Notes under the pieces: generated by a model
What the model saw: only the letters and a program-made list of their open reading frames with translations
What the model was told of the DNA's origin: nothing
The model's database searches: none
Shown: in pieces, positions 21,550 through 31,905 of the stretch
Layout: each line of letters begins with the position of its first letter
Position numbering within the stretch: the stretch's first letter is position 1
Assembly: GCA_903837495.1 (NCBI GenBank)
Contig: CAILUT010000006.1
Coordinates: forward strand, 392-64,391
Direction: 5' to 3'
Source of the DNA: an uncultured Flavobacteriales bacterium
Lineage (GTDB): Bacteria; Bacteroidota; Bacteroidia; CAIKAF01
DNA: 64,000 nucleotides
Made by a program: the position numbers and the translations under genes

Positions 21550-22034
21550 TTATCCAAAAAGGTTTGAAGAATCCGCAGTAAATCTTGTTCAAGGGTTTCT
21601 TTGGGCGATTCCACCCAACGTCCAATTTCCTGTTTGTTGTAGTACACAATAACCGTTGGAACAAATTCAATCCGCAAAGCATTAAACCCTTCAAAGGCTG
21701 CCTGCTTGTTCTCGTCCACCCCATACATTCGGTATCCTTCTTCGTCCATGCCCATCTCTTTCATGATTTTTAAAAATGCAGGGACATGTTCTTTCGAATC
21801 GCTGCACCAAAAACCCAATACGCATTTAAAGCTGAGTTGTTTTTTGTGTTTTTTCAAAAATTCTATGCTTTCCTTATCGGGGTTATAGGCTTTAAAACCG
21901 GGTTCAAACACCGGCCCATGCTGTTTACTAAAGAACATGTGGTTGGCCACCCGGCCCACCGGATAAGCGGTGTATTGTCCTTGCAATGCCATGCCAAGAA
22001 TTAAAAGGGTTAAGGTAACGACAACTCGAATCAT
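21546..22034 (-). CDS. Thioredoxin-fold protein (single-Cys WCSDS variant) with signal peptide
   Basis: N-terminal hydrophobic leader. A WCxxS motif replaces WCxxC. Confidence 0.5.
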   Translation of the reverse strand: MIRVVVTLTLLILGMALQGQYTAYPVGRVANHMFFSKQHGPVFEPGFKAYNPDKESIEFLKKHKKQLSFKCVLGFWCSDSKEHVPAFLKIMKEMGMDEEGYRMYGVDENKQAAFEGFNALRIEFVPTVIVYYNKQEIGRWVESPKETLEQDLLRILQTFLDK

Positions 22035-22177
22035 GGCTTAAAGGTAGGGCTTTGCGCTATAATTTACCGTGTTCTGGGGTTTGGGTTTTATGGCTGTGCT
22101 TCGGGTGTGGGGCCTTGGTTGTTCCAAATTCAGTTTTAGCTTCGCCGAATCCAAAGGGCATTACTTACCTTTAAACC

Positions 22178-22987
22178 ATGCAAAATTCCCGATTTCTTCT
22201 TCAAAAAATGGAGGTTAAAGAGGCTTCCCCGATTTCCTATTCATTGGTTTCGGCTCAGGGCGATGCCCGAATCGATTTAACCGCTATGTTGGGCAAACGG
22301 ATTCACTTGCAATACCATGGCGATACAGAATGTTTGAATTGCGGCCGTACCGACCGTATTTTTTCTCAGGGCTTTTGCTATTTATGCCATCAAACCAGCC
22401 CAGAGTCTTCCGACTGCATTTTGCGGCCAGAATTGTGCCGCGGCCATTTGGGCATAGGCCGCGATGCTCGGTTTGAATTTGAACAGCATGCTCAACCGCA
22501 TTTTGTGTATTTGGCTGCCACCTCGAATGTGAAGGTTGGCGTTACTCGGACGCTACAGCGGCCTACCCGGTGGATTGATCAGGGCGCTCTGAGTGCCGTG
22601 GCTATTGCTGCCACTCCATACCGGGCTTTGGCGGGCCGCATTGAAGTAGCTTTGAAATCTGTTTTTAGCGACAAAACGCCCCGCGATAAAATGCTCAAAG
22701 GCGAAGACGATGCCCGCATTCAATTCAATGCGCATTTGCCTACGGTTTTGAAGGCTCTGCCGCCATCTCTTCAATCGTATTTAATACCCGAGGAGGATTG
22801 GGAGCTGCATCGGTTTGAATACCCTGTTTTGGCCTATCCTACAAAACCTCAAACCCTAAAGTTGGACCGCCCATTTTCTTGGTCGGGCACCTTATTGGGC
22901 ATTCGGGGGCAGTATTTGCTGTTGGAAGGCGATTTGGTGGTGAATTTGCGCTCCCACAGCGGATATTGGTTGGATGTTGGTTTTTAA
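22178..22987 (+). CDS. Hypothetical protein with two CxxC pairs (possibly DUF2797-like)
   Basis: CLNCGR…CYLCH zinc-ribbon-like motif. No other recognisable domain. Confidence 0.4.
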   Translation: MQNSRFLLQKMEVKEASPISYSLVSAQGDARIDLTAMLGKRIHLQYHGDTECLNCGRTDRIFSQGFCYLCHQTSPESSDCILRPELCRGHLGIGRDARFEFEQHAQPHFVYLAATSNVKVGVTRTLQRPTRWIDQGALSAVAIAATPYRALAGRIEVALKSVFSDKTPRDKMLKGEDDARIQFNAHLPTVLKALPPSLQSYLIPEEDWELHRFEYPVLAYPTKPQTLKLDRPFSWSGTLLGIRGQYLLLEGDLVVNLRSHSGYWLDVGF

Positions 22988-23078
22988 GCCCCCTGTTTTT
23001 GGTAAACCTGAACGCGGTTGAATCTCGCATTCCCAAAGTTTTTGTATTGGATAAAGGGGAGTTTGCCTCCCAGGAACC

Positions 23079-23765
23079 TCATACTACCTTGCGCAGGAAT
23101 GCTTCCCGCAGTTCCGTACTTCGGCGGGAAGAATTTTCGGCCCAGGTAATTTTTAATTCCAATTGTTCTTGGGCGGATAGGCCCATGGGCTGATTGGAAT
23201 TTTGCCTAAGTTTCCATGTTAAATGATGCAGGCATACAGCCGCCGAGACGCTTACATTTAGGCTTTCGGTAAAACCAACCATAGGTATTTTCACGTATGC
23301 ATCGGCACCCAGCAAGGCTTCTTGGCTTAGGCCCTGCAGTTCTGTTCCAAAAACCAGCGCAATGGGTTGAGCGCATTCCAAGTCTTCAATGTTTACATCC
23401 ATTTTGTGGGGAGTAGCTGCAACAATAGAATAGCCAGCTTTTCGTAAGGCCGCGTAGCAGTTTGCAACCGCATGATCTCCGTCAAATCGATGCAGCGTTA
23501 GCCAGCGGCTACTTCCCAACGAAATTTGGTGGGTAGTGCTAAACGGATTGTTTTTTTCAATGATGTACACGTCTTGCACACCAAAACAATCGCAGGTTCG
23601 AAGAATGGCACTGGCGTTGTGGGCTTGAAACAAATTTTCAAGCACCACGGTGGCTTTACGGGTTCGTTGGGCGGCTTTTTCGGCGAAAAGGGCTGCCTTG
23701 TGGGGAGTTAGGTGCTCCAACAGAAAATCCAGATAGCTCGGTAGCCGATCTACTGGAATGTCCAT
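23079..23765 (-). CDS. SpoU/TrmH-family RNA 2'-O-methyltransferase
   Basis: SPOUT motifs …NASAILRTCDCFGVQDVYII… and …VFGTELQGLS…. Confidence 0.8.
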   Translation of the reverse strand: MDIPVDRLPSYLDFLLEHLTPHKAALFAEKAAQRTRKATVVLENLFQAHNASAILRTCDCFGVQDVYIIEKNNPFSTTHQISLGSSRWLTLHRFDGDHAVANCYAALRKAGYSIVAATPHKMDVNIEDLECAQPIALVFGTELQGLSQEALLGADAYVKIPMVGFTESLNVSVSAAVCLHHLTWKLRQNSNQPMGLSAQEQLELKITWAENSSRRSTELREAFLRKVV

Positions 23766-24187
23766 TAGGCAATCACCTCTAGGTTTGAGAAGAAGAAGGA
23801 GGCCTCAATCCCTGCATTTTCATCGCTATCGCTTCCATGAACGGCATTGGCGGCGATGCTTTGGGCGTATTTAGCTCGAAGGGTACCTGCTTCTGCCTTG
23901 CTGGGGTCGGTAGCGCCAATCAGGGTCCGGAAGTCAGCAACCGCATTTTCTTTTTCAAGAACAGCAGCCACAATAGGACCGGATGACATGTAGGAAACCA
24001 ATTCCCCATAAAAAGGACGTGCGTTGTGAACGGCATAAAATGCCCCGGCCTGTTCTGAACTCAATTTCAAGTACCGCATTGCAACCACTTTAAATCCGGC
24101 AGCGGTAATGTCAGCAATAATGTTGCCCATGTGTCCGTTTGCTACGGCATCGGGTTTAACCATGGTAAAAGTTCTGTTTCCGCTCAT
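23765..24187 (-). CDS. ndk: Nucleoside diphosphate kinase
   Basis: [10 protein letters not shown]-like N-terminus and active-site NAVHGSDS. Confidence 0.9.
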   Translation of the reverse strand: MSGNRTFTMVKPDAVANGHMGNIIADITAAGFKVVAMRYLKLSSEQAGAFYAVHNARPFYGELVSYMSSGPIVAAVLEKENAVADFRTLIGATDPSKAEAGTLRAKYAQSIAANAVHGSDSDENAGIEASFFFSNLEVIA

Positions 24188-24235
24188 TGCGTTTGGTTTT
24201 GTTAATTTTGTGCGAAAGTACATAAACCTGTTGAT

Positions 24236-25228
24236 TTGAAACCTGAATTGCCCCTCTTGGATTGGAAATCCTTAACAGCCAAAGAAAAAGTTGTGGCCAT
24301 TTGCCACAGCCGACCGGATGGAGATGCCATTGGAAGTTTGTTGGGCTGGCATGCGCTGTGCCTGAATTACGGCATTTCCTCTGTGCCCATAAGTCCCGAC
24401 CCCCTGCCTGATTTTCTGCATTTTTTGCCCGGCAGCAAGTCCATTGTGGTTCCAACAAGTTCAGAATTGCAGGGAATCAATAGCCCTTTACACGGTGCCG
24501 ACCTGGTTGTGTTGCTCGATTTTTCAAGGCGCAGCCGGTGTGGAGAAGATTTAAGCCGGGCCTTAGAGGGGCTTAGCTGTCCCATTTGGTGCATAGACCA
24601 CCACCCGGAACCGGAGGGCTTTGATGCCTTGTTCCATACCACCTTGGCCAGTTCAACCTGTGAGCTGCTTGCCGGTTTGGTGCAGGGTGATTTCCCTTCC
24701 GATGCCGCCCTTTGTTTGATGACGGGAATACTTACCGATACCGGTCGTTTTCAGTATGCCACCACACCGAATACGTTTGAATTGGCGGGTAGGTTGTTGA
24801 AATCAAACCTGGATTACCGGAGTTTAACCGACAGGTTGTTTGAACAGGAATCGTTGGCGGCTTTAAAATTGAGGGGCTTCGTTTTAAAAGACAAGTTGGT
24901 TCAGCATCCTACTTTGCCTTTGGCCTGGATTGAAATCACCTTTGAAGAGAGCCAGGCTTTGGGGCTTAAGCCAGGAGCAACAGAAGGCTGGGTGAATTTT
25001 GGCTTGGCCATTCAGGGCAACAAGGCCGCATTTTTATTTCATGAAAAAGAAGCAGGCGTAACCCGCATTTCGTTCCGTTCTAAACGAGACATAGCGGTAA
25101 ATGCCTTTGCTGAAAAGTACTTTCAGGGCGGTGGGCATCGATATGCTGCCGGCGGCCGCTTTGATGCTGAAAGCAAGGAGGCGCTGCGTTTTTTGATGGA
25201 CCGAGTTGCCGAGATTTTTCCGAAATGA
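24236..25228 (+). CDS. DHH-family phosphoesterase (NrnA-like oligoribonuclease / pAp phosphatase)
   Basis: DHH motif region …[13 protein letters not shown]… and a DHHA1-like C-terminus GGGH. Confidence 0.8.
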   Translation: MKPELPLLDWKSLTAKEKVVAICHSRPDGDAIGSLLGWHALCLNYGISSVPISPDPLPDFLHFLPGSKSIVVPTSSELQGINSPLHGADLVVLLDFSRRSRCGEDLSRALEGLSCPIWCIDHHPEPEGFDALFHTTLASSTCELLAGLVQGDFPSDAALCLMTGILTDTGRFQYATTPNTFELAGRLLKSNLDYRSLTDRLFEQESLAALKLRGFVLKDKLVQHPTLPLAWIEITFEESQALGLKPGATEGWVNFGLAIQGNKAAFLFHEKEAGVTRISFRSKRDIAVNAFAEKYFQGGGHRYAAGGRFDAESKEALRFLMDRVAEIFPK

Positions 25229-25752
25229 AATTCAAAATAGCTGTTGCTTTGCTTCTGTTGTTTTTGGGCTGCGCCGAACCGGCCGTAGAAGAGGCTGTTT
25301 TACCGGTGGTTTCTAAGGAAAAACTGCAGGAAGAGCTTGTACAGGTTAATCAGCGGCAAATACAAGAGGAGCAGTGGCTCATTAAAAAGTACTTGGAACG
25401 CCGAAACCTACCTTATGAAACCAAAGGAACAGGCTTGCATCTGGTTCGGATTTCAAAGGGGAATTCAAAGGAAAAACCCAAGCCCGGCGATTGGGTAGCG
25501 GTTCAATATCAAGCCTTCTTGCTTGATGGAACGCCCTGTTTTTCTTCTAAAGACAGTGCCGAGGTTTTTAGATTGGCCTACGACCCCATTGAATCGGGCC
25601 TGCAAGATGGCTTATTGAGTATGGCGCTGGGAGAAGACTGCCTGTTGATGATTCCTTCGCATTTGGCCTTTGGCTTGTTGGGCGATTTAGAAAAAATACC
25701 GCCTTATACCCCGGTGGGGTATCGTGTTAAATTAATCCAGATTCAACCATGA
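25225..25752 (+). CDS. FKBP-type peptidyl-prolyl cis-trans isomerase (lipoprotein/periplasmic)
   Basis: FKBP C-domain pattern (…GLQDGLLSMALGEDCLLMIPSHLAFG…). Confidence 0.75.
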   Translation: MKFKIAVALLLLFLGCAEPAVEEAVLPVVSKEKLQEELVQVNQRQIQEEQWLIKKYLERRNLPYETKGTGLHLVRISKGNSKEKPKPGDWVAVQYQAFLLDGTPCFSSKDSAEVFRLAYDPIESGLQDGLLSMALGEDCLLMIPSHLAFGLLGDLEKIPPYTPVGYRVKLIQIQP

Positions 25753-26621
25753 CCATGCGTCTTTGTGCAGCTTTTTTACTGTTGATTTCCAACGGGTGTT
25801 TTTGGGGCACCGATTTTGAAAAAATGGGCCCCGAAGTGGGTATTCATTTTGACAGCGATTTAGATGGGGGACCTACTGGCGATTCGGTCGCCTGGCTCCG
25901 CATGTCGGTTTGGATAGCCAATTCTGCCGATTCAATTCTGGAACCCAAAACGGGATTTACCTTGGAAGTTCATCAGGTGGAATCCAACAATCCAAACGAT
26001 TTAATGTCGGTGTTGCCTAAATTGAGTGCCGGCGATACAGGAGCCATTCAATGGACGGCAAGGGCTTTTCACAGCATTCCTGAGTTTCAGAACTTGGGAT
26101 TGGGGGGAATTCTGAATGACAGTTTGGTTCGGTTGCGGTTTCGGGTTTTAGAGGTTCGGAATGCCGAGGGGCTGGCCGAGCTAAACCGACAAAAGCAACA
26201 ACGGGCAGCCGCATATGCGGTAGATGAATTCAAAGCCTATATACAGCTTTACCGGCCTGATTTAGAGGGCATTCCATTGGCCCCATTCGTACTCAAAGAA
26301 CATTTCAACGAGACCGCAAGCGAGCTGCAATTCGGCGATTCCATTCGGTTTAAGTACCTCTTGCTTACTTTAGAAGGACGGCCTTTGGAGGGCGATTGGT
26401 CGGACGCTGGAATAAAAGGATTGCGCATTGGCCCTTCTGCTCAGTTTCCGGTGGCTTTTTTTGAAGGATTGATGCAAATGAAAGCGGGCGAGCAAGGCAT
26501 GATTCTGTTGCCCTTTACCCATTGCACCGCCGAACCGCCAGAAAGCTGGAAATCCTATGGTTTGGGTGCCTTTGACAACCTGGTTTATAAAGTGAGCATT
26601 GCCGCCAAGTATTCCAACTAA
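25749..26621 (+). CDS. FKBP-like domain lipoprotein (putative PPIase, tandem partner of the preceding gene)
   Basis: Lipobox LISNGC. The C-terminal block …MQMKAGEQGMILLPFTHC… resembles an FKBP fold. Confidence 0.5.
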   Translation: MTMRLCAAFLLLISNGCFWGTDFEKMGPEVGIHFDSDLDGGPTGDSVAWLRMSVWIANSADSILEPKTGFTLEVHQVESNNPNDLMSVLPKLSAGDTGAIQWTARAFHSIPEFQNLGLGGILNDSLVRLRFRVLEVRNAEGLAELNRQKQQRAAAYAVDEFKAYIQLYRPDLEGIPLAPFVLKEHFNETASELQFGDSIRFKYLLLTLEGRPLEGDWSDAGIKGLRIGPSAQFPVAFFEGLMQMKAGEQGMILLPFTHCTAEPPESWKSYGLGAFDNLVYKVSIAAKYSN

Positions 26622-26636
26622 GAGCGGGGCTAAAGA

Positions 26637-26921
26637 CTACCTTCCTTTTTGTTTTTCCCATTGTTTTCGTAGGGCATCCATGCAGCCATCGAGCGCTGTT
26701 TCAAAGCGGTCCCCTTTTTTTTGAGCGAATAAATCGTTGCCCGGAATGCGAAGCCGAACTTCAGCACTTTTGGCTGCTTCTACGTCTTGAGTGCGCTTAA
26801 AGGTAACCTCGACCGCCACTAAATCAGGAATGCGCTCTGAGAATTTCGACATTTTGGTCAGGGTCCTTTCTTTGAGCGATTCTTTTAGGTTTAAACCGGG
26901 AGCAAGAATTCGGATGTCCAT
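26637..26921 (-). CDS. hpf: Ribosome hibernation promoting factor / RaiA (YfiA family)
   Basis: 94 aa. MDIRI…VEVTFKR…AEVRLRIPG pattern. Confidence 0.85.
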   Translation of the reverse strand: MDIRILAPGLNLKESLKERTLTKMSKFSERIPDLVAVEVTFKRTQDVEAAKSAEVRLRIPGNDLFAQKKGDRFETALDGCMDALRKQWEKQKGR

Positions 26922-27024
26922 AGGGCTGGTATTTTAGGGTTATGTGGGAACGAAAAGAGCGGAGTTTGAGCCGCGGTTTCAAGTTATCCAAAAGTTGGGA
27001 TAGATGAAAGGGGTTTCTGAAAAT

Positions 27025-27960
27025 TCAACCTTGTTTTCCTTGGGGGTGAGCCAGCTTATAGGCGGCTTTTAAGCGTTCTATGCTAACGTGGGTGTACACT
27101 TGGGTGGCAGCAAGTCCTGCATGCCCCAGCATTTCTTTCACCGCCAAAATATCCGCTCCTTGGCTTAGCAGCCAGGTGGCAAAAGTATGCCTGAGCAAAT
27201 GCGGCCCCCGGTAATCGGTTTGGGTAATTCGGCTCAGGTGTTTTTTGGTTTGCCGATACACCCATTCGCCCGTACACGGTTTGCCCTTGTCGGTAATAAA
27301 CAGGTGGTTTTCATGTGCCGCTCCCGAATGCTTGAACAAAAAGGAAGCTCTAGCCTCAAGATAGACCTTAAGCCAGTCGATAAGCATAGGGTGGAGTGGA
27401 AGCATGCGCTCCTTTTGACGTTTTCCCATAACCCTAAGGCTTCCAGATTCCAAAGAAAGATCGGTAATTTTAATGGAAACCAATTCGGCCCGCCGCATTC
27501 CGGTAAACAAAAAGCAACCCAGCATGGATTTGTCTCGGAGGCCATCGAAATCGGATTCCAGTTTAAAATCGGTAAGCAAAGAATTGGCCTGAGAGGTGGT
27601 TAGAAAATGGGGTTGCCTTTTTGGGGTTTTCAAATTCTTAAGGTCTTTTGAAGGGTCGATGCCAATGAGTTTGTGCCGCTTCAAAAATTTAAAAAAAGAC
27701 CTCAAGGTCGATAAGGTTCGGTTGATGGAAGTCTTGGCCAAATGCCTATGCCGCAAATGAATCAGGTAAGCACGGAGTTCGTCGGAATCAACCTCATTCC
27801 AGGTTTCTGCTCCTTCTAAACCAAACAAAAAAACCCGGAAATGTTCCAGGTCGTTGCTGTAAGCTCGTAAGGTGTGTGCTGAAAACCGCCGTTCCGTTTT
27901 AAGGTGCAATACAAACGCCGAAATGCCATTCAAACCGCCACTCATGGTCGGAAACAGCAT
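27025..27960 (-). CDS. xerD: Tyrosine recombinase XerC/XerD family (chromosomal, in the rpsU-linked position)
   Basis: N-terminal SAM-like domain (HTLRAYSNDLEHF) and a catalytic C-terminus …LLRHTFATWLL…GHAGLAATQVYTHV. Confidence 0.85.
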   Translation of the reverse strand: MLFPTMSGGLNGISAFVLHLKTERRFSAHTLRAYSNDLEHFRVFLFGLEGAETWNEVDSDELRAYLIHLRHRHLAKTSINRTLSTLRSFFKFLKRHKLIGIDPSKDLKNLKTPKRQPHFLTTSQANSLLTDFKLESDFDGLRDKSMLGCFLFTGMRRAELVSIKITDLSLESGSLRVMGKRQKERMLPLHPMLIDWLKVYLEARASFLFKHSGAAHENHLFITDKGKPCTGEWVYRQTKKHLSRITQTDYRGPHLLRHTFATWLLSQGADILAVKEMLGHAGLAATQVYTHVSIERLKAAYKLAHPQGKQG

Positions 27961-27968
27961 TTTTGCAT

Positions 27969-28166
27969 TTAGATATTGGTTTCTGTACGGCGCAATTGCT
28001 CGATGTAAGCTGCTTTGGTGATTTCGTCGCGGCGTTCAACCGATGGCTTAATAAAGGCTTGCCGTTTGCGCAGCTGTTTTAAACCGCCTGTTTTTTCAAA
28101 CTTACGTTTGAATTTCTTTAATGCGCGGTCGATGTTTTCGCCTTCTTTAATCGGGATAATCAACAT
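27969..28166 (-). CDS. rpsU: 30S ribosomal protein S21
   Basis: 65 aa, basic protein with RKF…KRQAFIKPS…. Confidence 0.9.
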   Translation of the reverse strand: MLIIPIKEGENIDRALKKFKRKFEKTGGLKQLRKRQAFIKPSVERRDEITKAAYIEQLRRTETNI

Positions 28167-28280
28167 GTGAACTCTTTTTAATGGAGGACAAATGTAGAGA
28201 ATTCCTTTTTGTTTCTCAAATAATATCTACGTGTTTTTTGTAAAACTCATCTGCAGCCGTATATTTGCCCCAGTCAATTT

Positions 28281-28354
28281 GGCCCCGTAGCTTAATTGGA
28301 TAGAGCATCTGACTACGGATCAGAAGGTTAGGAGTTCGACTCTCTTCGGGGTCA
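28281..28354 (+). tRNA. tRNA-Arg (anticodon ACG)
   Basis: Cloverleaf built by hand. Acceptor stem GGCCCCG/CGGGGTC, D-loop AGCTTAATTGGATAGAGC, anticodon loop CT-ACG-GA, T-arm GGAGTTCGACTCTC. No CCA encoded. Confidence 0.85.
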
Positions 28355-28367
28355 CAAAACATGGAAA

Positions 28368-28400
28368 GGGCTGCAGCAATGCAGCCCTTTTTTGTTTTTT
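28368..28400 (+). terminator. Intrinsic terminator after the tRNA (GGGCTGCA-GCAA-TGCAGCCC followed by a T-run)
   Basis: 8-bp stem, GNRA loop and TTTTTTGTTTTTT tail. Confidence 0.7.
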
Positions 28401-28473
28401 GGGGCTGTAGCGCCTGCCGCGACGACGTAAATAAATTCACATTTTCCCAAAAATTCGTTCCTTTGAAATAGCA

Positions 28474-29478
28474 ATGAAACATTTGATATTTATACTCCTT
28501 TTTTTGCCCCTAACCTGGGCCAAAGCCCAAAGCGTGAGCCGGGTTGAAATGAGCCAAGAAGGCAAAACCTTGGTGGTGGAATACGTTTTGGAGGCAAGCG
28601 AACCCCAAGAAATTCTATTGTATTTAAGCCATGACGGAGGAAAAACCTTTTCAAAGCCCCTGGAAAAAGTCAGCGGAGACGTAGGAAAAGGCATAGTGCC
28701 GGGCAACAAGCGCATGGTGTGGAATGTACTGGAGGAACTGCCGGAGTTGGTGGGCGACAATGTGGTGTTTATGGTTGAAATTGCCGAGGGCTTGATTTGG
28801 GAGGCCAAAAACGGCCGCCCCGCAGTGGAATGGGTTTCAATTCCCGCTGGTACCTTTACGATGGGCAGCCCGAGTTATGAAACCGACCGGGGAAGCGACG
28901 AAGGCCCTCAGCATTCGGTAAGTTTAAGCGGGTTTAAAATGAGCAAGTACGAGGTTACTTTTGCCCAGTACGATGCGTTTTGCGGTGCCACGGGCCGGCA
29001 AAAACCCGACGATAATGGCTGGGGGCGTGGCAATAGGCCAGTAATTAATATAGATTGGAGCGACGCCACGGCCTTTGCCCAATGGATGGGTTGCCGGCTG
29101 CCAACCGAAGCGGAATGGGAATACGCTTGCCGGGCAGGAACAACCAAACCCTACCATACGGGCAGTTCTTTGAATTCCAGACAGGCTAATTTTAATAGAA
29201 ATGTTGGAGAAACGAAGCCAGTGGGCTCCTATGCTCCCAATGCCTGGGGTTTGGACGATATGCACGGGAATGTATATGAGTGGTGCAGCGATTGGTATGC
29301 TGATTATTCCGGCAGCGCCCAAACCAACCCCAAAGGCCCCTCATCGGGGTCGTTTCGGGTTCTGCGTGGGGGCAGCTGGCTCAACCACCGCAGGAATTGC
29401 CGCTCGGCGTACCGCACCGGCAACGTACCTTCCAACCGCCACGGCTTCATTGGCTTTCGGTTGGTCGTCCCGAGTTAA
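28474..29478 (+). CDS. Secreted FGE-sulfatase (SUMF1/PvdO/GldK-like) domain protein, short paralog
   Basis: Signal peptide, small N-terminal domain, then an FGE-fold core …RLPTEAEWEYACRAG…HGNVYEWCSDWY…RVLRGGSW…. Confidence 0.8.
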   Translation: MKHLIFILLFLPLTWAKAQSVSRVEMSQEGKTLVVEYVLEASEPQEILLYLSHDGGKTFSKPLEKVSGDVGKGIVPGNKRMVWNVLEELPELVGDNVVFMVEIAEGLIWEAKNGRPAVEWVSIPAGTFTMGSPSYETDRGSDEGPQHSVSLSGFKMSKYEVTFAQYDAFCGATGRQKPDDNGWGRGNRPVINIDWSDATAFAQWMGCRLPTEAEWEYACRAGTTKPYHTGSSLNSRQANFNRNVGETKPVGSYAPNAWGLDDMHGNVYEWCSDWYADYSGSAQTNPKGPSSGSFRVLRGGSWLNHRRNCRSAYRTGNVPSNRHGFIGFRLVVPS

Positions 29479-29553
29479 CAGCGGGAACCATCCGGACCTT
29501 TAAGCTCCGGAGGTTGTGGCAAGGGCTACATGCCCCGAGGGACGAGGAGGGAG

Positions 29554-29659
29554 GGCAGGCGCAAAGGGCTTAACGGGCAGGCGCAAGGCCTTAACGGGCA
29601 GGCGCAAGGCCTGAACGGGCAGGCGCAAGGCCTGAAAGGGCAGGCGCAAGGCCTGCCCC
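29554..29659. repeat. 21-bp tandem repeat array, about 5 units (GGCAGGCGCAAGGCCTTAACG and variants)
   Basis: Direct head-to-tail units read off the sequence. The 3' units degenerate (…CTGAACG, …CTGAAAG, …CTGCCCC). Confidence 0.9.
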
Positions 29660-29697
29660 AACGATTTTTCTATCTTTGGTTTCTTATTTATCAACGC

Positions 29698-31830
29698 ATG
29701 ATTCGCTTTGCCTTTGTTATTTCTATTCTTCTGATTTTCAGCTCCGCACTTTTTAGCCAAAGTTCCTGCTTGGAAACCAACCCTCAAATGCTGGAAGCCG
29801 GGCAAATTTCTGAGGCCAAACTTGCCGAATTGGTTTTTGCCCATAAAAAAACCTTTAGTTCTGCTGAATTAGATCAATTAAAGCGGTGCATCCAGGGGCA
29901 CAACAATTCCATTGATACCGAATTTTTAAAATGGAAAAACAAGTACGGAGCGTGGAGTTTGGCTTGGAACGAGCTCATTGACTTGACCGACATCGAAGCC
30001 CTTGAAAAGCAGGTGGAGGCCCATAAGTATAAAATCAAGGAAAAAAAGGAAAAATTGGCCGATGACCTTCGAAACATCCCCACCCAGGGCATGTATTTGT
30101 GCGTTCTTAAAGATTTAGACCCTTTTGCTTACGACAACGCCAGTTTGCAAGAAAAAGCCAAATCAACCCTAACACCTGTAGCTGTAGAAAACATCAATGG
30201 GCATTTTATTCAATCCCTGACCGAAACTTTTCGAACCGAGCAGACACAAACCTTTGTAAAATACATTCAAGATCGGGTGGCAGGGGAGTTGAGAGTCTCA
30301 AAAATGTTGTTTTCAAAGCCATCTGTTAAGCGGACCCATTTTGTTTATTTTGCCTTGGTAGATGTGTATCCCTTGCAAAAATCAACACTGTATAAAGGAG
30401 ACAACAAGTCTCAAAGCTCTGCCATTGTCTTGGATTTGTTGGGCCGAAATACGGCCGGCTTGCAGGACTTGAATACCTACGATCCCAGTTGGATTCAGGA
30501 ACTGGAACAATTGATTCAAAGCAATGGGGATTTGGTAAAAATGGCCAATCAAAATGCAGATAAGCAGCGGCAACAACTTTTAGAAAAAACAGGAGCAGAT
30601 GTTTTCACAATTGAGCAAGAACTGGGGGATTTGAAAATTAAATTAAGCAAAAAGCGCAACGAATTGGTTCAGCGGATGCAAGCGTTTGGCTTAAGTACCA
30701 CGGGCAGTATTTCTGGCGACATAAAAAAAATCAGAGTCAAGCTAAGTCAGCAGTTGGACGCCTTGTATGGTGAGCTTTTGGAAATAAGGTCAGGTGAATT
30801 GTTGTCCCGCTATGATATTGTATTGCCCAACGAGCGTAGCCTACCTCAGGAAATTGGAGCTCAGGGGCTTCAGTTGGTTCAGCAATTGAAAAAAACCTAC
30901 GAAGAAGCAGAAGGTTTTGACAAACTAAATGAAATCGTGCAAGGTGAAAATTTGGATTTATTTAGCCAACGCATCAAACAGGGCGGCCGTTTAATCCGCG
31001 AAATTTCCAAAATTTGGGTTTTCACCGAGGAGCACTCCAGTGGCTGGCGGTTAAGCATAATTGCCCAGTTCAAGGTCTTGCCGGGCGGTTCTTCCGCCAC
31101 GCCCGGTGGCACACAAGCCAGCCAATTGCCCGGCCGCCCCGCAGTGGAATGGGTTTCAATTCCCGCTGGTACCTTTACGATGGGCAGCCCGAGTTATGAA
31201 ACCGACCGGGGAAGCGACGAAGGCCCTCAGCATTCGGTAAGTTTAAGCGGGTTTAAAATGAGTAAGTACGAGGTAACCTTTGCTCAGTACGACGCCTTTT
31301 GCGCTGCTACGGGCCGGCAAAAACCCGACGATAATGGCTGGGGGCGTGGCAATAGGCCAGTAATTAATATAGATTGGAGCGACGCCACGGCCTTTGCCCA
31401 ATGGATGGGATGCCGGCTGCCAACCGAAGCGGAATGGGAGTATGCCTGCCGGGCAGGAACCACAAGCCCCTTCAATACGGGGAGCTGTTTGGGCAGCAGC
31501 CAAGCCAATTACGATGGAAATTATCCCTATTCCACCTGCGGCAAGGGAACATACCTTCAAAAAACAATGCCCGTGGGCTCCTATGCTCCGAATGCCTGGG
31601 GCTTGTACGACATGCATGGTAATGTTTGGGAATGGTGCAGCGACTGGTTTGGAGATTATTCCAGCGGCGCCCAAACCAATCCTAAGGGCCCTTCATCGGG
31701 GTCGAGTCGGGTTCTGCGTGGGGGCAGCTGGGACCGCCTCGGCAGGAATTGCCGCTCGGCCTACCGCAACGACTACGGGCCTTCCTACCGCGGCAACGGC
31801 ATTGGCTTTCGGTTGGTCGTCCCGAGTTAA
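29698..31830 (+). CDS. Large secreted/membrane protein with an N-terminal hydrophobic leader, a long coiled-coil/unknown region and a C-terminal FGE-sulfatase domain paralogous to 28474..29478
   Basis: Start chosen at MIRFAFVISILLIFSSALFSQ. The ORF-track start at 29530 lies inside the minisatellite. The C-terminal about 230 aa is near-identical, in part, to the upstream paralog. Confidence 0.75.
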   Translation: MIRFAFVISILLIFSSALFSQSSCLETNPQMLEAGQISEAKLAELVFAHKKTFSSAELDQLKRCIQGHNNSIDTEFLKWKNKYGAWSLAWNELIDLTDIEALEKQVEAHKYKIKEKKEKLADDLRNIPTQGMYLCVLKDLDPFAYDNASLQEKAKSTLTPVAVENINGHFIQSLTETFRTEQTQTFVKYIQDRVAGELRVSKMLFSKPSVKRTHFVYFALVDVYPLQKSTLYKGDNKSQSSAIVLDLLGRNTAGLQDLNTYDPSWIQELEQLIQSNGDLVKMANQNADKQRQQLLEKTGADVFTIEQELGDLKIKLSKKRNELVQRMQAFGLSTTGSISGDIKKIRVKLSQQLDALYGELLEIRSGELLSRYDIVLPNERSLPQEIGAQGLQLVQQLKKTYEEAEGFDKLNEIVQGENLDLFSQRIKQGGRLIREISKIWVFTEEHSSGWRLSIIAQFKVLPGGSSATPGGTQASQLPGRPAVEWVSIPAGTFTMGSPSYETDRGSDEGPQHSVSLSGFKMSKYEVTFAQYDAFCAATGRQKPDDNGWGRGNRPVINIDWSDATAFAQWMGCRLPTEAEWEYACRAGTTSPFNTGSCLGSSQANYDGNYPYSTCGKGTYLQKTMPVGSYAPNAWGLYDMHGNVWEWCSDWFGDYSSGAQTNPKGPSSGSSRVLRGGSWDRLGRNCRSAYRNDYGPSYRGNGIGFRLVVPS

Positions 31831-31905
31831 CAGCGGGAACCATCCGGACCTTTAAGCACCGGAGGTTGTGGCAAGGGCTACATGCCCCGAGGGACGAGAA
31901 GGGAG

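Noticed and set aside
27025-28354. Tyrosine recombinase next to a tRNA gene, a classic signature of an integrated phage or integrative element
   Set aside because: The recombinase has the XerC/XerD architecture and sits in the conserved Bacteroidota hpf-xerD-rpsU arrangement. No direct repeat of the tRNA 3' end is visible downstream. The flanking genes are housekeeping. So it is the chromosomal dimer-resolution recombinase and not an integrase.
29554-29659. Possible CRISPR array
   Set aside because: The 21-bp units are directly contiguous with no spacers, so this is a minisatellite. No cas genes are nearby.
29530-29697. ORF-track start of the 766-aa protein translating the minisatellite as GLNGQAQ repeats
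   Set aside because: The same DNA recurs in a non-coding context after the gene (31882-32062, a 58-codon dead-end frame). A canonical hydrophobic leader starts at Met 29698. Treated as an unlikely primary start, but kept as a possible alternative start in the findings.
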